From Balanoglossus misakiensis (lineage: Eukaryota; Animalia; Hemichordata): DNA of 64,000 bases. The notes under the pieces were generated by a model. That model saw nothing but the letters and a program-made list of their open reading frames with translations. It was not told the origin of the DNA and ran no database searches. The first letter of the stretch is position 1. Each line of letters begins with the position of its first letter. Of the stretch, positions 38,301 to 50,300 are shown one piece after another. A program made the translations under genes and the position numbers. The DNA lies in contig CM082591.2 in NCBI GenBank assembly GCA_040954595.2, forward strand, positions 11,549,309-11,613,308. Reading direction: 5' to 3'.

Positions 38301-41300
38301 GTGTAATTATTGCAACAGCGGTTGATGTGTGACAGCTCAACTCAACTTCATCAGAATTGTCTTTTCCTTTATAGATTAGGGAAGTATTTGCAACAGGCAG
38401 ATGTACTCACCAATGTCAATTCCATCAAGCTGGGCAAATATCTTGACAGCCGACATAATCACAGACTGGAAAGAAGCATCAAATAATGATTATTTACCTT
38501 TCACCTCCAGTTCCCTCAATAGAGGTCAACCCTACCATAGAAATTAATGGGTTTGGACTGAACCACGGTGGTGAAAGGGTTAGGCCAACATTAGCAATTG
38601 ATGAGATTAAAGATAACAACAAGATCCCCCCAGTTGTGCCAGACTTTGACATTTTTGAGCTGAAAAACAACAAAAAGTGGTCCATGTACACTGTAGCAAA
38701 ACGTCGTCACACTGGCTAAATTCTTATTAACGAATGAATTTCACCACGACTTCAGAGTGACAACATTAATCACTGGAACATGTCTCATAAGGCTGCATTC
38801 ACAAACACCTCTGGAGGGGGGGGGGTGGTGGTAGAATTGAGGGGGGGATTTGAAAAAATTGAGGGTATGTAAGGGGGGATTTGAAATAACTTAGGGACTG
38901 AAAGGGGGGGACTTGAAAACTTTGACGACTAAATATTTATTCGCGCCCTTTATTTTACAAAATTTACTAATGTGGGAGGGGGACACCCCTCCCACACCCA
39001 TCCCCTCCATTCATCAACACCTTTCAATCATTGACTGGTTTATCTAGTGTCCCAGGTCAGGGGACTTGCCCCCACCCCATGATAACTTTGAGCGGCGATG
39101 GTTAAATTTGTCCTCCCCAACATACCGGTAGTTGAGCTTTTGCCGGGTTCATTAAAATGCAGCTTTGAGCTCTGTATTTTATAAAATTTTCTTACGTGAG
39201 TCAGCCATCTTTGCCCGGAGATTTGTCTATGGGGTTTCCCCAGACCCTCTTTCTGGAGTGCCCAACGGAAGAAGCAGGGGGGTCTGGGTAACCGAGACTA
39301 GCACAGGGATGTATTTTTAGGCAGAAAATGGCAAGACCCAGTTGCCAAGCAATTATCACCATGAACTTTGCTACAAGTTTCACTATCACTTTCACTGGGG
39401 GTCTCAATTTTTTCAGCAGAGCCCCAGCTGCAGTAAGTTCCGACTACCTCAAGGTTTTGCCTATAGGTTTTGGGGCTCCTCATTTTACTGATGTCCATCA
39501 GCAACAAGGGACATTGACCGTTGACTAAGTAAGCTGGTGCTAAACATCGCTCTTTTCAGAGGGGTAATTTTACATGCAAGCTCATTAGAAACTGCCACTT
39601 GTATCCCCTCTATTTTCAGCCACCCCCCCCCCCCCCACCCCTCTTTCCTTAATTAACTATTCACATCTGGTTTGAGGTCAGACAAGGGTCATTATCCATT
39701 CATGGCTGTTTGAGCTCAGGTCAAGGGGATTACAGGTTATGCATTTAGGCACTAGGCGAAATTTTAGGGGTTGTTAAATAATTAATAAAACGAACAGTGT
39801 ACTTTGTGAGAGGAAAAAATTCAAACGGACTTTGTGAAATTTTTCAGATGTTTATTTTTCAAAATGTTCTTTTGGTGTTCATGATTAGTATAGCCATGTT
39901 CTTGTTCTGCTATTTCCCATTCCGAAAAGCCTAAAGATTCAAACGTGTACACTTTGCCTCGTCTATTACTCTGAGGTTACTAGTAAAACTTGTTATGAAA
40001 AGTCGTAACTTCAACTGCACAATTGGGATGGGGGGTGCCTCTTTGTCTACTAAATTGTGACGTTGTTACACTTTCAAAGTTAACGTATTGCTGGCATCAA
40101 AGAAATATGGTGTTGCTGGTTTGGCGGTTGGTGCTACTAAATTGAATTTCATAATAATGGGACATATAGATGGAATTAATCATCATGTATATTGTACAAC
40201 CAATAGTGAAAAGAGTTGAAATGTACATACCAATCCAGGTGGTCCATAGTAAGTCACTTTCTTAGCTGTGCCTATGTCTCTTAGTGTCAGTGTTAAACCT
40301 GTCATAAGACAAACCACTGGATTATACACATGTATATTCAAATGATGTATTCCTTGGCTGTCTACATTCATGTCTACACTGCCTACATTCTTGAATACTG
40401 GTGTGTTACGTATTGACAGCCAAGAAACCACTGTCATAGATATTTGTGATCAAATATATATCAGTTGTCATTTTTACTAAACATGGGTCACGGAAATGTT
40501 ATAAACCAAGTAACAAATAATGTTTCATTTCATTTTTACATTGTAATGAGGGTGAATATTTTTATCCTTTTTGGAATGCTATTCCACACTGTGGGACCAA
40601 CAAATTGGATTAAAGTCTGACCTATTAAACCGATTGTTATATTTTGGAGGATGAAGAATATTGTTATGTCTTGAATGACTATGGTAACCATGTTCTACAC
40701 GGGAGAAGTGTGGGGTCTATTAGAAAGTGTGGCAGGAACAAAAATAGCAACCTGTAATTTGAATTGACTGTATATGTAAAATGTAAAATATGCTCGACCG
40801 CAGTTCCTGTCTTCTCAATGATCTTTATTAAAAACCAACGTTTCGGCAGTCAACAGACTGCCTTCTTCAGGGTATACTAATGGAAACAAATAAAACATGA
40901 TAGGAATCGGTTAAAATAGGTATGTGGTAAAAAGCAGTAAATTTCAGAAAATTAACAAAATTGGCATTACAATAAAAGGCGTCTCTGTGTGACTGGAAGT
41001 TTAAAAATGAATAGTAATGACAAAAGTTGTACATTTCATGGGAATGTGCAGAGTGAAGAGAGAAACCAACCTTGATATGAAGTTGCAGTGTATCGAGAAG
41101 TACAGTGATGGTGTTGGAAACTGACTCCCTAGTTAGTATGGGGCAGAAAGATCAAATGTAGACCCCCCAGGTGAGATGAGAATCTCATGGAGGGAACATG
41201 GTACGGAGGCATCATCCCTCCTTACGGTTGATACCATTTGGCGATAGGGTACCAAATTCAGTAATGAAGAAGAGTTCTTTTTGACGTCGGTTTTGTGTGT

Positions 41301-44300
41301 TGGGGCTGAACATTTTGCAGAGGCCACTGGCATGAAAGTGACTGAGGTTGTGACCAGGTTGGTTAAAGCCTCAGTATTTCTCGTAGGGGCAAAATTTTGT
41401 TTGAAACGGCATCTATAATTTCTAAAAATAGATGATAATTGATACTGAATCGAACAGTCATCATCCCCAGCTCTGCTCATAAACTCATACAATTTACAAT
41501 ATAACGAGTGAAGAATGACTTTCTGTCCGGACAGAAAGTCACGTGAGTCAGGCTCCTGTTGACACACGTGACTTGTGCGCATGCGCACTCAAATGTGAAT
41601 TTATGCGGAAGAGGTTTGGTCGCCCCAAATCAAGCGACTCAGCGAAGAAATGCGCACTAATTCGGCGAAATTTTGGGAAGATAACTTAATGGGAGAAATC
41701 AGTCGATGGAACCAAATCAAATCCGAAAATGGTCTGACCATCAAATGTCAAAGTGGCACGTTTGCTGATCGACATGTACAACATTTCCGTTGTAAACAAA
41801 CCCGCGCATCATTTCAAGTGTTACGGGCAATATTTACAGCTTGCACGTAGCTACAGTTGCCCAAACCTTTCTTCTATCTTCATTATATAGTATTCCATGA
41901 TGAATGTACGGGAAAAACGGGCATTTTTCGATGGATACACACGAGAAATACTGGGGCTTTAACATGTTCTGAGACTGGGGTGGGTTTGTTATTTTTGATG
42001 GTGTAGATGTGTTCATATAGGCGTCGTTTGAATTCTCTTTTTGTTTCGCCTATGTATTGTTTTAGGCATTTCTGGCAGGTTATGATGTAGATAAGGTTGC
42101 GGGTACTGCATTTGATGTTCCCAATGACTTTGTGGGTTTTGCCGGTGTGTGTACTAGTGATGGTGTCTGTTTCTGAAATAAAGGGACATTGGTTGCATTT
42201 GCCACAACGTTTGGTGTCGCCAGTAGTGCGATCGGTGGGTGTGGCTTTCAGGTTTGCTCTTACAAGGATCTTCCTCATGTTGGGCGATTGTTTGTACGCT
42301 GTTATTGGTAATTCCTTAATAGCCTTGTTTATTTCTGTGTCATTGGAAAGAGTGTTTGGTGAGAATGTCGGAAATTTTGGGGAGGGCAGGATTGAAGGTG
42401 ACAACCAAGGGAATTCTTTGGTTGTGTCGTCAACTTTGGTTGTGTGTACAACTTTTGTCATTACCATTTATTTTTAAACTTCCAGTCACACAGAGACGCC
42501 TTTTATTGTAATGCCAATTTTGTTAATTTTCTGAAATTTACTGCTTTTTACCACATACCTATTTTAACCGATTCCTATCATGTTTTATTTGTTTCCATTA
42601 GTATACCCTGAAGAAGGCAGTCTGTGTACTGCCGAAATGTTGGTTTTTAATAAAGATCATTCAGAAGACAGGAACTGCGGTCGAGCATATTTTACATTTT
42701 ACACTTTGTTCTACGTCCGATGCGCTCCCACCTTGCGCTGAAAACTTCGATAGTTGTAGTTGGACTGACTTTCCTACCTATCCTTTTGAACAATTTAAGT
42801 CATACTCTTTTTCATTGGACCTTTCTTCATAATAATTTTCTTTTAGAAAAGTTCTTTTTTGTGTTTGATGACTAGTTCAATTCTTGTCAACTGCAGACAG
42901 ACTAGATTAAACATTCAATGAGAGATTTTAAGGTATCTAACCAAAAATTCACCTTCAGCATAGAACGCAAATTTTGATGCATGCTTCAAGAACATGCAAT
43001 AGGGGAGGTTTGTCTTTACCGCCATATTTGCAACACGGTGGGTTGTGGGTTAGGTGGAGGCCAACTGGAGGGGCACTTGACGTAGGAACATGTCTAGGAC
43101 AAGTTGCGTCTTCCACGAGTGCCCCTCCAGTTCTATCCCACAACCCAACCAGTTTTCCAAGATGGTTGTAAAGACAAACCTCGCCTTTACTATGCAGTGC
43201 CTGCACTGGTTTGTAAGGGAGACTGTGATGGAGCTAAGGACCCGTGTGAGCTGACATTATGGCATACTGGGGTAAGACCACCAACATACATTTTCAGATA
43301 TGAATCTATGGACAGTTGAAATAATGAGTAGCAAAGGCAATGATAATACATACCAACCACACCACCAATACTATTCCATGATAGACTGGTTAGAAATACA
43401 TTTTCAACTTTTGAGACCCACATTCTGCAATTGAAAAAAAACATAGCATCAAGGACATTGTGGTCCCTGGTCCCATTCGAGGATTACATGGAAACAGGTA
43501 AACACCAGGATAAAAATTCACACCAGAATAAAAATCATAAGTGACATATTTACCAATGATTTAAAAATGGGACCTAAAAACGTGGCATAGTATTTTACAG
43601 AAATTAGATCAAAGTATGATTAGGGGATGTGAAATAACTAAAATATACATGTACACATGGCCAATTTACACAATATTTTTTATTATGGGGGAGGGGTTGT
43701 TTAAGCTTTTTTTCAATTGATACCACAACATGCAAATTAGCAGCATTTTTATGAGTTTTAAATTTGAGCCATCAGTATCAGTGGTACAAACAAGGAGATA
43801 ACCCTTACAAATTGTGATGGACGTACTTTCAATAGTTTAATTCATTTTGTCTTTTTCTTTTTTGCTTGGGTCAACACAAATATTGGGGTGCCTGTTTGCT
43901 CTTTACTTTCGGTAGTAGGGGAAGGGAAGGCGTTTGAGGTCAAACACAATCAGGTGCACTTCAGTGTGGAGAAAATGGCAGGTGGTAATTAAAGCTGTGA
44001 GCAGCGTTGACGGGGCCTAAGCAAATATTGAACACGTACTTCCTAGCCATGAGGGCCAGTACAAGGTATGGTTGAGGTTGTAGCCTAGGCCGAGGGAAAT
44101 AGCATAGGATTTTGGTAAGGCACAATCACAAGGGGGTGGAAAAGGCTGCTCCGGCCTGAGTATAGGAGAGGCTGTAGATGTTTGATAAGAAACCAGATCC
44201 TAACGTGTGACACTGATTGAAGTAACCTCAGTCTGTGAACTAAACTCATGTTGGTGACGTGACTGGTTTAGATCTCTCTGCTTTTTTGGGGGGGGATTCA

Positions 44301-47300
44301 TAGTTAGGGTTTCGAGACCAGAGGGGTCTCGAAACCCTCTTGAAATTGTGTTGTTTTTAGCTCTGCTGTCACTTGTGTCAGCTGAGCTGTAGCAGTAGGT
44401 TGATAAGTGTCCGTTGTCCGTCAACTTTTGGTATTTAGGGGCACAAGCGCCTGAGGGCGCTTGTGCCCCTTCTGTTATTGCTGGAGTTTTTCTTCTTTCT
44501 TCTTGAGTCGTTTTTTTGCGCGCCGTATGTTAAACGGGCATATTATCATGGTGAATAAGCGACGTACAATGATGTATGCACAGCGTATAACGATGCACAA
44601 GCAGCGTATAAAGATGCACAAGCAGTGTATAATGATGCACAAGCAGCGTATAATGATGTATAAGCGTCGTATAATGATGTATGGGCAGCGTATTATGATG
44701 TATGCACAGCGTATAATGATGTATGCACATTGTATAATGATGTACGAGCAGCGTATAATGATGTACGAGCGTCGTATAATGATGTATGGGCAGCATATAA
44801 TGTTGTATGCACATTGTATACTAATGTATGAGCGTTGTATGATGATGTACGAGCAGCGTATAATGATGTATGAGCGTCGTATAATGATGTATGGGCAGCG
44901 TATAATGGTAACAATGGACTTAAGACAGCTGTGGCTTTCCATAGATTCACACCAATGACTCATTGGTATCCTGGTGCAACAACTGCAAATCTCCTTCAGT
45001 GAAAACAAATGAGTACTTTCATGACATAGACACACTAGGTACATGAACCAGTTGGGGTAAACATATATTACACAGAATCAACAAGACTTCATAGTAAGAC
45101 TGCTTGTAGCAATCTGATTAAAAGCAGATGTAGGGTATGGTGACATCTTTTGCTTGCGGGATGAGGCAACAGCATAAGAATACCGTACAGCATAAAGGTA
45201 ACCTACATATGGTTTTAATCAGATTGTGATAATAGATAATTTTTTCCATCTGACAGATTGACTTACCCATGTTGCATCATCATTCTCTGTGTTCCTTCAC
45301 CACAGTTGATCAGATAACGGCAACTAGAACAACAAAATATATGAACCAAAATATAGGTGGCCACCGGCCACCCCCACTTCATAACTCTAACCAAATAATG
45401 ATAGTTCCAAATAAAGCCATCAACTCCAATTTTGAAATGTTTGTGATGTTCTCACGCTATATCCAATTTGCGATCATGATGGATGCAATGCGGATAGCAT
45501 TTTTCACAGAGAGAGCTCTTCCTCCTTGTTAGGGGCCCAAGCGCCCTCAGGCGCTTGGGCCCCTTCTGTTATTGCTGGACTTTTTCTTCTTTCTTCTTGA
45601 GTCGTTTTTTTGCTCCCGTTTTTCTCAAAAACCCCTGGACCTGTTCTTATCAAATTTGGCATGGTGGTTGGGGCCCATGAGTACTGGTGCTCCTGCCCTT
45701 TGAATTTGTAATTAGTCACGTGACTTGGTGGCTATAATCGAGCGAAATTTTCAAATTGACCTGATTTGCACGTTAATGGGGGCATGTACATTCTTTTTCG
45801 CGACTTTTGTAGACCATGTGGCCAAAATCCCCTGTGCCAAATATCAAGGTCCTAGGCCACGTCGATTTTGAGAAGAAGATTTTTGTGATATTTTTCGCAT
45901 TTTTGTGGGCTGAGGATGAACACTGGGGCATCAGACTTTGACCGTCATTACGTAATGTTGTGGAGGTCTCATTTAGGGTACTCACTTCTGACGGGTTGCA
46001 GTAGTCCTTGGAAAATCAGCTGAAATACGTAAACAGACCAGTGATTATTTTCCACGGAATGAATTTTGGGACAACACATTATCATTAACGTTTAGGGGGG
46101 GTCACATACTTTTGCCACCGAACTTTTGCTTTTGAGTCCACAAAATTGCAGTTTCGCACCCTTTATTTTACAAAATTTTCTAATTGCAGTTTCGCACCCT
46201 TTATTTTACAAAATTTTCTACACCCACCCCCTTCTGTCTCCGCCACATTTCATTTTTTGCTGGTTTGTCTAGTGTACCACGGAAGACTTCTTGCCACCCC
46301 ACCCCGATGCTTACTTTGAGTGGAGTCGCAAAATCAGAGGTCGCGGTAACATTTTTTTGAGTGCGTCTTTTTGACGCATTCATAAAAAAAATGCGTCAAA
46401 CTCCTTTCAGCCTGCGTCCTAGACATGTCTAGTTCAATATTCATTAAACAAAATTAGCTACATTTTGAGTACAAAAGGTTGGGCGCACTAGTGGTTGTTA
46501 CATTTTGAGTACAAAGTTTGCGCGCACAAGTGATTATTTTGATCCCAGGGGGATAGTCAGCGGTATGCGGTATCACGCGTATGGTTTCCGTTGACCATTG
46601 TGCATATAGAGCGGCCGTTCCTATGCGTCAATATTGACGCACTGATTAAGATATCTGCGTCAAGTGAGGATTTTTTGCGTCAAATACGCATACTTTTTGC
46701 GTAAACGCAACCTCTGAAAATTAAAATTTGTCCTCCCTAACATTGAGTTAATTTGCTTTTGAGTTCATTAAATTGCAACTTTGAGCACCGTATTTTATAA
46801 AAAAAATCTTATGTGGGAGGGGGACACCCCCACCCATGGGGACACACCCACCCCCGTCACTTTTCTTGTTTTACCGATTCTAGCAACTATTGTATTGACT
46901 TGACATTTTAATTTGTTCATAGATTTCTTTATTGCAACGATATACTATTATATACTTCAATAATACTTTAAGAAATTTATAATTGAGGTGTGAGGAGCCT
47001 CATTCCCGTTTATGCAAACAGTGTACATAGGATCAGGACGGCGAATGTTTTGGGCGTGGGGGGGGGGGGTCATCATATTTTTGGGTCTGTCAAAGGGGGG
47101 GGGGTCATCATTTTTGGGTCCTGGGTGAAGGGGGGGTCGGCCTGATTTTGAGAACCGATGACACAAACTTGCCGCCCCCCCCCCCCCCCTGCCGTAAAAA
47201 CTGAACGGTCCCTTATGTGACATTTCACCTACTTTTGCTTAGCTATAGTGAGCATCCACAGCAGAGGTCACCTGTTGCACCTGCCTAAGTCATTGATTTT

Positions 47301-50300
47301 GTACATTTAATTGGACACTAACCAACAGGGCAATATGTGTGGTTTTTGTTCCACAGGGACGAATGTAAGTGTCAGTTGGTTTTTGCCCAAAACTTAAGGT
47401 GATTTGGATGACCTCTGTCGTACAGTGCCATATCTCAGCACGTTGTACAGGTGCAGCTTTGGTATTTGGAGGGATGAAACTATCATGAAATGCCAAATAC
47501 AGGGGGATACCTGCGACACCTGCTTGATTCATGTATTACGTGCATACCTGGTAGGCAAAGTGAAAGGGCTGCAAATGTAGGATTTGTTGCACATGACATA
47601 AACAGGAATGAACATTTTTTGTCAAATTTTTGGGTGACCCCAGGTGTCCATTGACCTGCTTTCCATATGTTAGCATGCACATCAATACTGTATATAGCCA
47701 GGTGTTTGGAGGGGTAGGGTAGGACCCTCTGCATCATGAAATGCTAAATTCCTGGGGCCACCTGTAACTTACTTGCATAACTCATTACATGTATTATGGC
47801 CATACCTAATTTGACAAACCCAAAGGGCGAGGATTTTCCGTTGTCTTGAATATGAACCAAATAGGAATCCAAATTTTTGGCCCAATTTTTGGGTACCCTC
47901 AACTGACCTTTGAAGTACTTACTGAAGTACTTACAACGTAGAAGTTCACTTTTGGTTGTTGTGTTTGTACTTGTAGGACATCCATTTCGGGTGGTTGCCT
48001 ACTTCCCCATATCTCCACATCGAGCAAATACAGCCTACACATTTGAATGGTACAACCCTGAATGGAGTCTAATGGTTATTAACTCTATGCTTGGGCCCCT
48101 TCAATGCTGCTTGCAGATTTAATTTGTAATCAGTGTTTCAGCTAGCGTGCGGCCTTGCGACATTTGACACAATAATTTGTGAATAAATGTTGGGTACGCC
48201 TAATTCAAGATTCACGTTTCAAGTTTCAAGATTCACGTTTCAAGTTTCACGTTTCACGTTCCATAGCCCAAGATTCATATTCTGATTCAGATTTGAGTCT
48301 TGTCACGTCCTTTCGCCGTATACATTGCATTCACTTGATTCAGAATATAGGAATTAGTCCTTTTGCTTTAGTTATCGGTTGTAAAATATACCGGGACCCT
48401 AAACCTATCAATTATATCAGAATTACGCTTAAAAGTATCTGTGAATACCGAGATTGCCGGCCATGGTGCGATCTCAGGCCTAGGGTCTCCGACGACGACG
48501 TCCCACTAAATCCATATACCAGCCACTGCTGTGTGGGGGCGCTATTCACTGTGTCACATTTTGCTATATTCGGAGAAAGGAGTTGGCGAAAGACCAAGTC
48601 GTGGGTTTTTTGGGGGGAGGGGGCAATTGTATTCTACATTCTGGTTGTGATAAATTTGAATAAATGAATAAACTTGAATATCAATAAATTTAAATAATCT
48701 AAAGGAATACATGACATACATGGATGAATTTGAATTGTTTATTTCAAAATTCTTTGTTAGAAAATAATAAATAGGGTGCATCTCTCTTTGAAAAAAGTTG
48801 TTGAAACTGAACTTGAAGAGATACCCGACAATGACGTCACGCGATAATCGAACAGAATATTTGGGGAACCTTGCTTGGGCGGGGATCGAGGACAATAAAC
48901 AATCGTACGCACCCCTGGTTACGGCAGCATAAACATATTAGACAAGACTCGAATCTGAATCAGAATATGAATCTTGGGCTGTGGAACATGAAACGTGAAA
49001 CTTGAAACGTGAATCTTGAAACTTGAAACGTGAATCTTGAATTAGGCTTACCCATAAATGTTGGACTGTCGCAACAAAATAATCTTTATGGGTCACTGTG
49101 ACACATTCTTACTGAGTGAACAACAGTATGACAGATTGTCACCTCCCATACTTTTGCTTTGCGTCCGCCTTTTGCTTTCACTGTAACTTGCTACTCCCTT
49201 TCAATTTTTGATAATTTAGTGAACACAACTCAACTGAGTGATTTCATACCTTCCACAGCTTGAATCACCCTAGAAGCAACACAGCCCTGCACGCTGCCAA
49301 GAGCAATACACTGCCATTTCATTCAGTGAACAAGTTATCTTTAGACAGGCGTCCTATAAATAGCATCAATAGCCTAGTAACACAAGCGACACACTGAGCT
49401 TTAGGCGCATTGTAACAACTTAGCTAAACTTTACAAATGATAAAGCAACTTTTGTTTGAGGTCATGCCCACAGGGGGCTCTCCTTCCGCGATTTTGTTTG
49501 TTTGTTTGTTTGTTGCTGTTGATGATTGGCATAATAAACAAATACATATTTCTTTATTAATAAATATGGTTTGTTGACATGTAAGGCTTTGGGTATATTC
49601 AACAGGTTAGGGTATTATCAACGGTTAGGGTTTGTGTAGCTCTGCGTACAGGTCTGTGTGTTCCCGGCGTTACACGGCCTCCATCACAGCCCTGCAAGGC
49701 GCCATAGAAATAACTGGTGCTTCTGCGGTCCGAAATTCGATTTTATCGAAGCAAAATCCTTTCCCTGTCTACTTCTACCTCCTAACCGACTCCAAATATG
49801 ATGCGTTTAACTTGTCCTAACGTCCGAACCGCTCGCGTTTGATTTATTTTGTGTGTTTACATGTTGAGATCGCCATATTAAATATAAGGCTTACAGCGAG
49901 TTTATCTCCATGGGTAAACATAAAAGTTTTAGAAAGCGAGCGGTTCGGACGTTAGGACAAGTTAAATGCATCATATTTGGAGTCGGTTAGGAGGCAGAAG
50001 TAGACAGGGAAAGGATTTTGATTCGATAAAATCGAATTTCGGCCGAAAAAGCTGCGGTCCGGATCCGGACCGCAGAAGCACCAGTTTTATCTATGGCGCC
50101 TTGCAGGGCTGTGGTAACAGCTGTGTACTTTTTATATACATTTTTGTCAGAGTAGGGTTATTATTATACACCTACTGCTGTAACCTATGGAGTTCCGTAA
50201 TACAATAATTCGCGGTATCACCGTACAATAATTATTTAAATGAGGACGCGGAGTCCAATAACACCAGGGTTATTGGATGCATTGTGACTTTGACCTCACA

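Larger units (their letters stand above)
40775..42703 (-). mobile_element. 5'-truncated Penelope-like retroelement with inverted pseudo-LTRs
   Basis: About 260-bp inverted repeats 40775-41033 / 42445-42703 flanking GIY-YIG coding sequence. Confidence 0.88.

Noticed and set aside
38494-38691. Exon-like signal-peptide ORF, and its similarity to the SRSF3-like intron (possible conserved element or snoRNA)
   Set aside because: The shared 80-90 bp has piggyBac-like inverted ends and is a mini-MITE. The ELAC2 frame is complete without this exon.
44461-45044. Met/Tyr/Ile-rich ORFs of 165-189 aa
   Set aside because: Translation artefacts of the 21-bp minisatellite, open on both strands.
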